A stretch of DNA of 64,000 nucleotides, taken from NCBI RefSeq assembly GCF_006345805.1, contig NC_043001.1, forward strand, positions 682,001-746,000, read 5' to 3'. How positions within the stretch are numbered: the first letter of the stretch is position 1; each line of letters starts with the position of its first letter. Positions 23,208 to 36,908 of the stretch are shown piece after piece. The translations under genes and the position numbers were made by a program. The stretch comes from Octopus sinensis. Taxonomy: Eukaryota. The notes under the pieces were generated by a model. That model ran no database searches and was not told where the DNA came from. It was given only the letters and a program-made list of their open reading frames with translations.

Positions 23208-24166
23208 GTTGAGAAGTAAAATTTATAACTATGGCACACAGACCCACCCATCTACCTATCTACCTACCTATCAATCAATCACTTTTCCATGCTTCCATAG
23301 GTCATGCATGTGCATGCGTGTGTGTGCATGTTTCTGATATGCTTGTATTGTTGCAGATGAACGAACAGTTAGAAAGATGAGGATGGCTTAGATAAATGCT
23401 GACAAGACAACCTGGGAAAGTCATTCAACCTGCTAGATATAGTAGCCAAATTTCCACTGTATCATACATACTACTGTTTCAAAAGAAAAGGAAGGACACA
23501 TTGGAATGAAGCCATCCTAGCGACACTGATACATTAAGAGTGGATGGTCACGGTTAGTAAGTCTTTGATTAAAGGTCTAATCAATAAGTGATCTGGGAGA
23601 TAAACAACAAACAATCCATAAAAGGAATCAGGAAGGAACCCCCCCCCCCCATCAAGACAAGATAAAGAAAACCTCAACTCTGATGGTTTTGCTAACAGAT
23701 AGACATAAATATAAACAGAGCAGCTAAAAGATCTAAAGATATGGTTGTCCTCTTTTAGATATTCAAGATGAGAATCTGACAGTAAAAGGGTAACAGTATT
23801 TTAAAACTCCTCTTATCTCCCTCCTCTTCCTCCTTCTCTTCCTTCTTCAAGCTGAACTTGACAGTTGAGTGGAGAATAAGAATTGGTAAAAGAAGGGAAA
23901 GCACAGAAATAAACAAATAGGTCCTCATTGTCTTCTGTAGACACTTTTGTTCCATTGACTTTTACCAGTTTTTCTATGCTCTTGTAACTGTAGCCTTGGA
24001 GAAAAATGTTTTTTTTCCTTTCTTTTAATTCTTTTACTAATTCCTATTGAATGGAGTGTAATAAATATAGGAATCCTGAAAACCCGTTGGTCTTTTTCCT
24101 GAACTATCTCAATAAAATGCAGATCTTTTTTCATGTTATTTCTAGCAGACTGGCAACCATCTAGAT

Positions 24167-24507
24167 CAGGGGTTCTCAAGCATTCTTTATCTTTTAATCC
24201 CTTTGATTACTATTTTATTCTGGGGGATTCCCATTGCCATTCAATGCTTAAAAACTAGTTTTATAGAAACTTCTTCCAGAATTCCTATTTCGTTTTTCAC
24301 ACATTCCCTTGTCGTAGGTTGAACTTTGTAAATTGTTTGAGAAAGAAACATAGTTGTTTTCTTGCAATACATACCAATATATATATTACATTGAAAGCAA
24401 AATTTTCCTAGGGACCCTTAAAATACTGTTGTAGACCCCCAACTTTACTATTTTGTTGCTCAGACCCCCCCCCAAAATCTTATATGGACCCTGGTTGAGA
24501 ACCACTA
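24167..24507. mobile_element. hAT/Charlie-type MITE related to 16839-17113
   Basis: CAGGGGTTCTCAA ... TTGAGAACCACT; left flank ATCTAGAT matches the Charlie nTCTAGAn target. Confidence 0.8.
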
Positions 24508-25294
24508 AAGAATTCTAATTATTTAAAAACATAACTAATTTTTGAATTAAAATGTATGTGGCTGAGTATTCCACAGACACAATCAGTGTGACACTGTCTC
24601 AGAGAGCTGACCCTCAGTATAGTTTACTCTATAGTTTAGTCTGTTTCCAAATTTCGTGGGTTGCTGCCCCCTTGGCTCTTAGGCTACATTCCTAGTGCCC
24701 TCCCACCCTCACTCACAACCACAAACATAAACCATTCTCTGCTGCAAATAAAACATAAAACAAAGCCTAATTAACTCATTATTTTGTTGTTTTTATGTCC
24801 ATCATCCCCTTTTGTCCACCCCATTATCACTCCACCTTTCTTCAATACCCACCTGGATCTTTCCTCTACTTCCTGGGGGTGGGGAAGTACTGCCCCACTT
24901 TGGGAATCACTACCCCATAGGCTTTCCATTAGCTTCACTCTCCAAACTTTGGTCAACTCAAAGTAGTGGTAGAAGACATTTGCTTGAGATGCCATGCGTT
25001 GGGATTAAACAAAGTTACTCGTGATTATAAAGTGAACTTTGCACCTGTGTACAATGTAGATAGCGAGAGATAGAGATAGAGATAGAGAGAGAGAGTGAGA
25101 GAGTGAGAGAGATAAAGTGTTTATATTCATCTGTTATTGACTGTATTAGGTAACATGTATAGCTGCTCTGCTCTATTGCCAAGTATAATCACGAAATATT
25201 GTTAATACGACATTAATTCATTCATCAGACTTGAAGCCAACAACATACTATTCTTGCCAATAGGTCTGATTTACTGAAACATTTAATAATATAA

Positions 25295-25550
25295 GTGAAT
25301 GCTGCCATAATCCTTGCCTTCAGTTCATCTTTGGTGTTACAAAGAGTTTTGTTGTTACAAAGAGTTTTGTTGTTACAAAGAGTTTTGTTGGTCTCTTGCT
25401 CAAACTGCACCCTACACATAATAATTGAGGAGGTTGCAGTCTGGGGAGTTAGGGGGCCAGATATTAGGGGGGTGTGGTTTCAGAAATCGTCTGACAGCCA
25501 TGACTGAGTCCTCTTGCTTGTGTGGCATGGTGCAGAGTCCTTTTGCCAAA
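25295..25550 (-). mobile_element. DD37D/maT-type transposase C-terminal remnant containing an 18-bp triplication (25336-25389)
   Basis: WPPNSPDCN, ETNKTLC and TKDELKARIMAAF motifs; homologous to 53790-54270; GTTACAAAGAGTTTTGTT x3. Confidence 0.8.
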
Positions 25551-25559
25551 CATAAGGTC

Positions 25560-25790
25560 ATAAGACTGAAAGAAATTAAGCAAGCAAAGTTTGCAAATGA
25601 ATATGGACAGCTGTGTAAAGAAGTGGTGAATGCTTTATGTGGCTGAACTTGCAGAAGAGAGAAGCCTAGAAAAACATAGGATAAAATGGCTAAAGCTGAC
25701 CTTAGAACCCTGAGCCTAATTTATGAGATGACAAAAGACCAGAATCTCTGCTGATCTGAGGTTCTTGGAAATACCTGCCCTCATCATTGA
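25560..25790 (+). mobile_element. Degenerate RTE C-terminal fragment
   Basis: ATGAATATGGACAGCTGTGTAAAGAAGTG...AGAGAGAAGCCTAGAAAAACATAGGAT aligns with 3444-3600. Confidence 0.6.
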
Positions 25791-26898
25791 AACTCAGTTC
25801 TGGAAGTGCTTTGTACTGTGCTCTTAGCCCATGTTAGAGTGACTATTCCTGCTTTACTCATGCATTAAGTCTACCTCTCCCCTGCAGCCCACCCAACTAA
25901 GTCATTCTTCTCATGCCCCACTACCCTACTGACAGCTGTATTATCTTTACTTCTGCTGCTCTCCCCACTCTCTTCTGCATCCCTCTGTCTCCCCATCAAC
26001 AATTGCCTCCTTCTTCATCCGCCCTTCAACTCTACCCATTTTAGCAGACTGCCTCCTCATTCCCTAATGTTCCAGCCCATATAACCTTGCAAACCAATTC
26101 TTCCACTCACTTTGGGCCTTGTGGAGCCATCTAGGCACAACATTGCCATCATCTGTCTCTACTTCTACAGTTCCTTTCATCTGTGAGTAGCCACTCCGAT
26201 CCTTTTCAAGAACCTGCGCTGCCTGCCTCTTCTCATAGTTCAATCCCCTTGTCCACTTGCATGAAGCTGACCTTTCCTCACTATGGTTTGTAAGTCTTGC
26301 AAGCTGCATGGTGACCTCAACAGTGCATGTGACATGAGGAAAAAAAAAAAAGCTCACAGTCCATGATATATATACATGTGACAAAATTGTAGTAGTCTTC
26401 AATGCATTTGCAGGAATACAACAATGATAAATTGAATATGCACCCCCCCCCCCACACACACACACAAAGTTATCCTTTTCTTCACATTTTGGCTTGAACC
26501 AAATGTGTCTTAAACTGTCCTCACTCTGCTGGCATTCAGTGAAGACTCACAATTCAAAGCAAGGATAATCTGAACAATCTATTTTGATAACCCAAAACAT
26601 AGAAATGGATTTCATTGCAAAATAAAGAGGGGAAGAAAAAATAATATTGCAATTCCTTATGTTGTGAAAAGTCTAGCAGCCTTTAAACTATATTTAGATA
26701 AGAAACAAACACACACATGCACGCAGACACACACACACACACATGCAGACACATACACACAATCACTCATTCCACTGAAAACATAAATAAATAGAATAAT
26801 AGCTCTAATGGAATATAGTTAGAGAAATAATTCAAAAAGAAAGGAAAGAAAGTGTTTCAGAAAAAGTAAAAGACTAAAAATAGTTTTAGATCAATATC

Positions 26899-26929
<31 letters not shown>

Positions 26930-26930
<1 letters not shown>

Positions 26931-27165
26931 GTTTCAAAATTTTGGCACAAAACCAGCAATTTCATGGAAGTGGCTAAGTCGATTATCTTTTCTAATACAG
27001 GGCCTGAAATTTGAGGTGCAGAGGCAATCAACTTGACTGGTATTTGATTTTATCAACCGTAGAGTGATGAAAGGTAAAAATACCTGTCACTGGATTTGAA
27101 CTTAGAATATAAAAGGCTGTGACAAACTCTGCAAAGTATTTTGTTAGGTATTCTAATGATTGTAA
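26930..27165 (-). mobile_element. Degenerate SINE family B
   Basis: GACTGGTATTTGATTTTATC...GATGAAAGGTAAA...GGATTTGAACTTAGAA, shared with 61345-61545. Confidence 0.6.
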
Positions 27166-28419
27166 CAATCATCACTTTTTTTTTTCAATCTGTTGCTTTG
27201 CTGATTCTGTCCGTAGCACATGTGTAAGCATCCACAACTATGAATATTGTTTGTACTACCTCTCACTCCGACCTTATCTTCTTACATCACATCCAGTAAC
27301 TCAAGCTTCCTGCAACACAGTTACTTACATAGCTTGCAGACAATCATGTAAACATACCTGTACGCACACAAAATTATTTATACACTCATAGAAATACATA
27401 CATGCACACATATTTCAGCATCTGTACACAGGAATGCTTCAACATCATTTAAATGGAGAAGTTTCATGAAAGTCTTGCACCAAACTATGTCAAACAAAAG
27501 AGAACGGACAAGTAAAATGGATGTTGCCATTTGATCATGAAACCAATTTCTCCAAAGTCTTCCATCAAGAACCTGTACAGCAACAATTTGGCATTTAAAG
27601 GTCAATATTTATATAACTGCCTCCCATTAGTTAAGTTCCATAATTTGAACAATGTTTTCTCTGAAATTTAAAAAAAATTACCAGGATGTAAGTTTTTCTA
27701 GCATCTCAGGAAAATCATCAACTAAAGACCTCAACCAGGCCAGAGACCCACAGTTTGCTGTTCAACCTTTGAGGGAGACTCAATGTACAGAAAGAAGGAT
27801 AAAACAAAACATTATGACCAACCACTCTGGTTTTGTTGTGAGACAGAGATGAGTACTGAATGGAAGAGGGGTGCCTCAAAGGACAGTGCCTCTCTACCTG
27901 AAGAATTTACTCAAGAAAGAGGACAGGGACATATCTTTGTTTTTCAAGAAGTGAAGACGAGTTTTCCAAATGTTCTCAAAAGAGGAATTTGAGGAACCAT
28001 GGCTAATGTGGCTGCACATATCGTTCTTTGACAGGAGCAGAGTATATAGAAATGTTAAACTAAAACTGTGTAAAAGGTTAGGAGTCCCTTATAAAGAGGT
28101 ATTTACCACTTGGAGATCCTGGATTTTATAGTAATCCAAAGAGACAACCTTAATCTATATAGATAAACTCCTAAAATAAACTAAATATGCAGCAATTGAA
28201 GAGAAGATGGTGGGATAACGGGGTGGGGTTCCCAGAAGATAGATTGCTTTGGTTATCAATACTAGCAAATTTACCCATCTATGATGAAGGCATAAAATAA
28301 GGGAAGGAGGTCATAAGAGCAGTCTGCATTGAGAAATGTGTAAATGGACTTTGATAGGATTACTGGTTGATGTCTTAGAGAAATCCCATTATTGTTGGTG
28401 ATACAGCATTCTGTTGCAG

Positions 28420-29413
28420 CTATATGACGCGTGTTTGCGACTAAGTGACGTATGATGATGATTCACTCCTGAACTGAAATAGGCTCTCAGCCTTCGTATC
28501 ATGAATGGTTATGTGGACCACTGGTAACGAAAGCCAGAGCTTCCTTCGACCACTACATGAAAAGTATTAAGAGAATAATGTTATTTAGATATACTTTTAT
28601 TTTAGTTGTTTACATTATTTCATGCTTGTTTGTACTCTCATACATTCAAAATTCACAAATTTCCTTATTAAATTATGAATCCTATTCCTTTTGATAATAT
28701 CAATATGATAATATTTTCTGTTTGGTTGATGCTTGATGTATAATTGGCTGTGAGTAAACATTGGAATGGGCATTGGAATACAGCCACATGATCTAAAGTC
28801 TGGCCCTGTGCCTTGTTTGCTGTGAATGAGAATGCCAGTTTTATAGGAAACTGTCTGTGTCTTAATGGAACGGAAACTGGTGATCGTTTGGCATAAGGGG
28901 TATCCACAGAATGAGCAAGGATTTACATTGTGTGAGCCACTCGCAATCGATAACATTGGAATTTAGTTATTTTGTTCTGTTGCAGTGGCCATTGGCTGGA
29001 TCAAAATTCCTAAGGTGCATTATCAGACCTTTTCCAATTTGGTTTTATGGATTGGCAATCCCAATGGATTTAAGTTGTTCAAGAATCCTGTGGGTACTGG
29101 TGGTAGTTTTCATCCTCTATTGTATCCGAACTCTCGACTTTCCCCAGGGAAGCTGCTAATCATGTTTGCCGTTTCATCGGTTGAGCTGATGACAGCTTCC
29201 TGGCCATGATGCGCTTTTGTAGCTTATTTTTTATTTACTTTTTTTTACGCCCTCAATATCCACGAAATAATCATACATTTTCACATTTTTTTCACTAAAA
29301 ACCTGCCTGATTACCTCCTTCGTAATGCCGTAAAGCATCGTGACCATTGGTCCAGCCGTTTGATTGTGGAAGAGGTACAGACAGACAGACATAACGCCTG
29401 TTATAATAAGGGA
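28420..29413 (-). mobile_element. Non-autonomous Helitron-like element carrying a PIF1-helicase fragment (28776-28862)
   Basis: RHRQFPIKLAFSFTANKAQGQTLDHVAV matches the Helitron/PIF1 C-terminal motif; the - strand starts A|TCCCTTATTATAA (5'-TC). The 3' CTRR end was not clearly found. Confidence 0.7.
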
Positions 29414-29559
29414 TCCCAGTCTAGAAAATATTAGAGACTTTATGTTTAAGATGAAAACTGAAGACACTGTCTGGAAAGTTGGGAGAGTTCAGTGTGCAGA
29501 AGACGAAGGGTTGTGGGGTCTTTTGCCAGCTTTTCAGCCCTTTGTTGCCAGGCTGGATT

Positions 29560-29754
29560 TGTGTTGTGAGTGTGTGTGTGTGCAAGTGCGGGCGCATGTG
29601 TTTCTGTGTGTGCATGTTGTGTGTGTATGTGTGTGTGTGTGTGTATGTGTGTGTGGGTGGGTGTTTTTTTGTGTGTATGGTGTGTGTGGTGTGTGTGCAT
29701 GTGTATGTGTGTGTGTGTCTTTCTCTGTATGTGTGTGTGTGTGGTGTGTGAGGT

Positions 29755-29795
<41 letters not shown>
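29560..29795. repeat. Imperfect (GT)n microsatellite
   Basis: Seen directly. Confidence 0.95.
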
Positions 29796-29798
<3 letters not shown>

Positions 29799-30405
29799 AG
29801 ACTCTGTCATATTCTGTACTGCAAGATTAATCTCTTGTGGCTTATAAAGAAAAAAACTACTGCTACTACTGCTACTGCTACTACTTCTACTGCTACTGCT
29901 GCTGCCACTGCTGCTGCTGTAACCATTATTACTACTACAATATCCTGTTGGAGATGGTGCTTTGAAGTGAATGATTTATCCTGTGGAAACATTATCACTC
30001 TGCGACCCTGAATATAAGACTTCTCCTGCCTTCCATGTCCCTCTTTGAACTGAACTCCATGTCCCCTCCAGATGGGCACACCTCTGGCAAACCAGCCCTT
30101 CTTTTTTCATGATGTCATTGTTATTGTTTTCTTATTTATTTCATCTTGTCCTCCTTACCCACTCCCATTACCCTTGTGGCAAATAAAGAACTTTATCATT
30201 ATTATTATCATTATTATTATTGCTATTATATAAAATTTCTACCAGACAAGAACCATATCAATAGAATAGAATGCTTGATTATTTCAGTTGCAGATTCTCT
30301 GACTTCAATGAAAGTATTCATTTGGAATGATTTTTGCATTTTTAATTAAATTTTCTCATTTGTTTACTATTATCAACATCATTATTGTTATTACTATTAT
30401 TATTA

Positions 30406-30440
<35 letters not shown>

Positions 30441-30716
30441 GTTATTATTATTTAAAGCTAACAAAGCTTCTAAAACACTTGGCTGAGCAATTTCTTTGTC
30501 TTTCTCTTGCATTTGTTGTTGTTGTTATTATTATTATTAATTATGTGTATATGTACATGTTTGTTTTCATTATTATATTGCCTGAAAAGGAGGTGGTGGG
30601 TGACTAAGTGGGGTGTTTGTGCATCTATTAATTTTTGTTATTTTTCCTGACATGAGATAGCATGCACAATAATAACAATCACAAATACAAACACACACAC
30701 ACACACACATATGCAT

Positions 30717-31002
30717 ACTAGTTGTGAATGAGGGGTGCAGGGTAGCACCTACATTGCTAGAAATAAGAGCTAAAAGACACTGACTGTCACAGTAAGCACA
30801 TTTTCATATACTGATGGGGGCGGGGAGATAACCCCCTCCACCAGCAAGCAAGATCCCTATACCATAGTTTTGTTTGAAAATTACAAACTCATCAGTAGTG
30901 ACTACTCCATCATATAAAATGTGCTTACCACAGCTGTAAGGGCTCTTTAGCTCTTATTTCTAGCAATGTAGGTACTACCCTGCACCGTCGGTCACTATTA
31001 GT
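30717..31002. mobile_element. MITE-like element with long imperfect inverted termini
   Basis: GGTGCAGGGTAGCACCTACATTGCTAGAAATAAGAGCTAAA (30734-30774) vs TTTAGCTCTTATTTCTAGCAATGTAGGTACTACCCTGCACC (to 30986); inner pair GTAAGCACATTTT / AAAATGTGCTTAC. Confidence 0.75.
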
Positions 31003-31071
31003 GACAACTGTATTTTTCCTTGTTGGTTTTATATTGCATAAACCCACCTTCATTATATAAAAGGAAAATCT

Positions 31072-31455
31072 TAAACAAGTACATCATCCATACAAGTCAA
31101 GTACATCAACATCAAATGGAAATTGTAGTTGTGATCCCCGTGCAGGTGGCACATAAAAAGCACCTTCTGAATGTGGCCGATGCCAGCGCCACCTTGACTG
31201 GCTTCCATGCTGGTGGCACATAAAAAGCACCAACTGATCATGGTTGTGGCCAGCCTCCTCTGGCCACTGTGCCAGTGGCACGTAAAAAGCACCTACTACG
31301 CTCTTGGAGTGGTTGGCGTTAGGAAGGGTATCCAGCTGTAGAAACACTGCCAGATCAGACTGGAGCCTGGTGCAGCCTCCTGGCTTCCCAGACCCCAGTC
31401 AAACTGTCCAACCCATGCTAGCATGGAAAACAGACGTTAAACGATGATGATGATG
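31072..31455 (+). mobile_element. RTE 3' UTR-only insertion
   Basis: Close match to 6795-7174 including three internal units and the (GAT)n tail. Confidence 0.85.
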
Positions 31456-31699
31456 AAATAGTGAAGATGTTAATAATAATAATGATGGTCACTCGCATCA
31501 ATTTTGATGTATGAGTGTTTGAAAGAGAGGAATTCAAGTTAAAGAAGAGGATGAAGAAAAAGGGAAAAAAGGAAAACAACTTTTAAAAGAATAAAAAAGG
31601 AACACTAAGAAGCTGCATCTGTTTGTGATGGATGCGTGAATGTAATTTGGATCAAGGGATGGATTTGCTATGAAGTCACAATGAGGATGTTGAGGCGTT

Positions 31700-33350
31700 T
31701 GCCTGAGATTGGCTAAATGTGTCTGTTGGTTGCAGGATATACTTCTTCTATTGTTCATTTTCTTCAACTCAAATTGTTTGGATGCATCGTGACACATTTT
31801 ACGCCATGCAGATCAATCTCAGCAATGACTCTCCCCAGATGTCAGGTTAAGCTGCAGAGATTTTAGGGATTGCTTCAATTTATCCTTATACCAAAGAAGA
31901 GGTCTTCCTTTGCCACAATATCCCTCCACTTGTTGGCCACATAAAAGAATTTTTGGAATGCAGTCATTTGTCATTCAAACAACATGCCCTACCCATCTGC
32001 ACTGAATTCCTGTCAGCATGTTTTGGATGCTGGAGATATCCCATTTTTCTAAGATTTTTACATTGGATATTTCATCTTGCCATTTTAAGTTGCATATGTT
32101 GTGCAAACAGCACATGTGGAAGGTTTCAAGTTTCTTTATATATCTGTAGTAGGGATTCCATGCTTCTGCCCCAGAAAAAAGTGTACTCAAAATATAAGAT
32201 TTGTATACACGTATTTTAGTTTTCAGACTGACATCATTTCCATCCTACAAATGATGGCCAAGTCTTCCAAAAATACTTGTAGCCTTAGATATTCTAACAT
32301 TGATTTTTGTCATCAAGTGTACTCTTCAAGTTCACAGTACTTCCAAGATATTAAATGACCTGACCCATTTGAGTGGCATGTTGTTTATCATTGCATCTGA
32401 GTCTTGAGTATGTCCTGCCCCAGGCCTTGGTTGGAATAGAACTTCAGTTTTCTTGATGCTGTCAGTTCAAATGCACAAGCTGCCACAGCAAAGCTGTTGA
32501 CCATTTCCTGAATTCCCTCAAATGTGTGAGAAATCAGAGCACAGAAAGTCATGCAGGATCTCTTCCTTGGTTTTTTTCTTTGATTTGAAACTTTGCTCTT
32601 TCAGGTTTAAAAGATCTCTTTCTGTGCGAAACTGGAATTTTATGCCTTCATGTTAATCCCTGAAAGCACGTTGGAGCATCAGTGAACAAAATATGGAAAA
32701 AAGTACAAGGGCTAAGACATGTCCTAGTTTGGTTCCAGTGGCAACAGAAAATGCCTCTGAACATTGGTTACTAGACATCACTGTTGCCATCATTCTTTAT
32801 GCAGGGATACTTGTCATTTTATCTGGAAGTTCAGCTTTTGACACAATTTTCCAGAGCTCCTCATGTATCAAAGGCTTTGGTCAAGTCAACAAAGACCATG
32901 GACAAGTCAGTGTTTTGTTCATGTGCTTTCCTTTGAACTTGTCAAATATCATGTCTGCTGTGCCTCTCCTAGCCTGAAATTTACATTGCGATTCAGGATA
33001 CATGCTGTTTATTACATGTTTACTGATGAGGTTATGGATCACCCCTGAAAGAATTTTTCCAGCTGTGCATGACAAACTTATTCCCCTGAGATTATCCCAT
33101 GCACTTTTCTTTTCCTTGCTTTCATACTGTGCATTGTAGATGCATCTTTGAACTGCTGGGGAACAGATCCAGTTTCCCGGATCAATTCGTGCAGCTTACT
33201 TGCAAGCTGTCTGCCACCAGGCTTCTTCATCTCTATGGCAGTTCTATCTTGTCCAGGAGCTTTACCATTGGAAAGTTTATTGATAGCAGTACTTATCTCT
33301 TTCAAGGAAGGATCTTCTGCTAGTTCTTCAATTATAGGCCATTGAGGGAT
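31700..33350 (-). mobile_element. Decayed RTE-clade LINE, reverse-transcriptase region
   Basis: EISTAINKLSNGKAPGQD; AGKIL...PESQCKF...RGTADMIF; LFSGAEAW...IKKLETFHMCCLHNICNLKWQDEISNVKIL...RWVGHV; multiple frameshifts. Confidence 0.9.
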
Positions 33351-36300
33351 TTCAGTGATTACTTGAAGATCAGGGTCCTTATAATACCAATTGGTATAAT
33401 AATAATAATGATGATGATGATGATGATGAAGAAAATAAAAATATAAGTAAAAAAAGTCAAATCAAACCGTATAAGATTGAGACAGAGAAGCATTGACAGC
33501 AACAACAGTAATTTAGTAATAATAACAACCACCACAAAAGCAGTCATTGGAGTTTTGATGAAGAAGAATATAAATAAGGACAATAACAACATCAATAATG
33601 AACAATATCAACAATATTGAGAATATGGAAATAACTAATTGCTAATAACAATATCATTAGCTGTATGGTGGTAGTGGTGGTAGTGATAGTTGTTATTTAG
33701 GGTTAGGTCAACATCGATCAATTAGATCTGTGTTCCAGTTCTTCCCATGACCATCATGTCTTAGAACTCCATTAACATTTCTGTTAAACATTAAATACTG
33801 TAGTTTATATAATCCTCATGTTATTTCTTTGAATAAAGGCATTCCAGTCATGACTAACCTATCATTTTAGGGGTTGTGTAGAGGACTGCATTATATGAAG
33901 TGTGTCCTTCCACTTTTTAAGATGGTGGAGTGAGATTTGGTTAGTCTTTTTGAAATGTCGAGTGACCACAAGGAGGTTACCCCCAAAAGTTGGTTGTAAA
34001 GGATGAGTAATGGTGGTATTTAGTCTTAAGTCAGAACAAATCAACCAGACATGTGATCAAAAGGATTCCAGCAATGACCAAGTATGATTTGAGGGAGATT
34101 TGGCTGCTATTACCAGTGGGTCAAGTATTCATGTAAAGGCACCGTTGCTAGCTTGTTAAGTATGGCTATAAAATTAGGATCAATTAAATTGACTGTTTTG
34201 CACAACTCTAAAACTTAGTGGCCCAGAGAACATGAGAGTTAGAAATTATTCAGTGAGAGAGGCTGATAGAACAAATTAATTAATTACTTTTTAACTTATT
34301 AACCAGGGGACATGAAAAAAGCTAGCAAGAAATAATTATGCGATGTGGTAATAAAATTAACAAACAAAAAATAAAACAATATCAGTCAATGGCAAAATAT
34401 TCTAGCTTTCATTTTTTTTTTTATTCAGAATCAATCAAATAAAAAAAGTATCAAATATTGGTTTTAATTTAATCCACCATATCTTCCTACAAATCTGTGA
34501 CTCTCTGCTAATGGCAGAAATCAATATTATGTTAATTAGTTCTGCAAATAAAGGAGGCAACTACTGCCATGTTTCTGCATTATTATGAACTCATCAGTAA
34601 AAACAAGCCAAAGTAGGAATAAAAGAATCAATGCATAAATGTCTAAGAATATACATTGGTTGGTGTAGACAAACAGAATTGTTCAGAAATTCAAAAACTC
34701 AGAAACACTATCATCCTTACAGTATTAAGTTTTGAAGCATCTTTGTTCTGTGTTCAAATCCTGCTTGGAATGACTTTCTCATTCATCCATGGTTTGATAA
34801 AAGAAGTGTTTTTATTTCTTTGCTTCTCATTCTTTTAAACCAGTTTGGGTTTGATAGGTTTTTTTTCAGAACAGCTTCATCTTTAACAGGAGTCACTTCT
34901 ATCAACAATAATTAACTACAAGGAAATGAAAGTAAATCTCTCTTGGATTCTAAGTATTGCAGTCACTTGATCAGCCCAAATGGCTTTCCCATCATGCTTT
35001 AGTGCAGCTGGCCGAGTACTCCACAACCACTCATACCTTTACAATATATGTGACAAGCTTTCACCTAGTTTCTGTTGACCCTATTTCATTCACAAGAATT
35101 GGGGTGAGGTAACAAACAGCTGCTGTGTGGGGTCTAACCAAAAATCTTATTATTGTTAAATTCCCTAATCACTTAGGGTTGTCTATAGCCATCAAAGTTA
35201 TTATAGACCAAGGGTCTCACTAAATTTGATTATGCTGTTGTCATTGTTGTTGTTGGAACACAGATTCCAGGCCAGCCTTGATTGACCAAAGCCTCTTCCT
35301 TTCAAGAGAGTTTAGCACTGAGGTATACCCTATTCAATACCTTTCTTAAAATATAGAATGTGATATGAGGGAGATTTGGGTGCTATTTCTGGTAGGTTAA
35401 GCAACCACATACATCAATCTTTGCTGTTGTTACTATTATTGTGGTCAGATAAATGCTTTGCAGCATTTCTCCTGGGTAATTATGTCCTAAATTCAAATCT
35501 CACTGGGGTTAACTTTGCCTTTAATCCCCCAGGGGTCAGTAAAATAAAGACCCAGTGAGGTACTGAGGTCAGTGTATTTGACTAAGCTCCCCTCCCTGAT
35601 TTCTGACCTGCTTAAATCATAACCTAATATTATTGTTGTTGCTGTTGTTATTTCTGACTCTCTTTTGTCAATGCTGGCCTTCATCCTCATCAGCTTCTGT
35701 ACATATTAAACCTGTGTGGGTTTGATAGGTCCAACAGCACAGCATACTGCTACCAACCTTATGTCAACTAACTTGTGAAACCCATCATCCTCAAATTCAA
35801 TCTCATCTCATCTCTTCTGGGTATCACACTGGATACGATGATGATGATGATGATGATATTGATGTAGGTCAGTCCTAAATAAGGAAATCTATAGTCAACA
35901 GTATTTCCAGCCATGACTACCCTGTGCTTTTCTTCTGCATGTAGGACTCAATGTGTTTGTCACTTCCCTAGAAAGCAGGGTATAATGAATTGTAGGTATT
36001 ATTTGGCTGCTATTTTTAGTAAGTCAAATGATCATGTAAAGGCCTTCGTGCATTCTTGATGATGATTATAATGATGATGGATATGCTGTACAAAACAGGG
36101 ACATCAACAGCAGTTACAAGAACAGCAATAACAGTTAGAACATTAAAACCATCATCATCATCACCAGCAGCACCACCACCAACAACAACAACAGTAAATA
36201 GTGAGGTAGAACGCCAGTTGGGCTGTCATTCTTCATCAAAGTAATATCACAGATTCTAGAAGCTTCTATACTTGCTTCTATGTATGAGAGAGGAACAATA

Positions 36301-36719
36301 AGGGAAGAATTAATTAGTTGACAGGAAATTAACTTCCACAATCTTTTATTTCCATTCCTCTTCCTCTCTCTCTCTCTCTCTCTCTTCCAGAACACAATTT
36401 TCCCTTCTTTTAATCAATTTACTCTCAAATCCTTCAAATAATATTTCAGTCTACCATTTTCTCCATAATTCTAGATTTTATTTAGGTTCCATTCACTTCA
36501 AGTACAGTTCATCTCTCTCTCTTTCTTAATCATCTCTCCATCCACTCCGTTCTATTCTATCATCTCTCCAAACCTTCTTTTCAACATTATCTTCCTCTTG
36601 TCTCTCTCTCTCCTCTCTTTCTCTATCCTTTTTGGAACACATACACTTTCACTCACTTTCCATCTATATCTTCCTTCCCCTTTCTTTATAAGTATTCTCC
36701 CCCACATATCTTACCCCCT

Positions 36720-36839
36720 CTCTCTCTATCTACCTACATATCTATCTATCTGTCTGTCTGTCTGTCTATTTATCTATCAACCTATCTCTCTCTCTCTATC
36801 TATCTATCTATTTATCTCTCTCTCTATCTATCTATCTAC

Positions 36840-36890
<51 letters not shown>

Positions 36891-36908
36891 CCTGTCTATC
36901 TATCTACC
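36720..36908. repeat. (CT)n/(CTAT)n microsatellite
   Basis: Seen directly. Confidence 0.95.

Noticed and set aside
25336-25389. Three direct repeats as a CRISPR-like array
   Set aside because: Contiguous 18-bp units without spacers, inside a eukaryotic transposase remnant.
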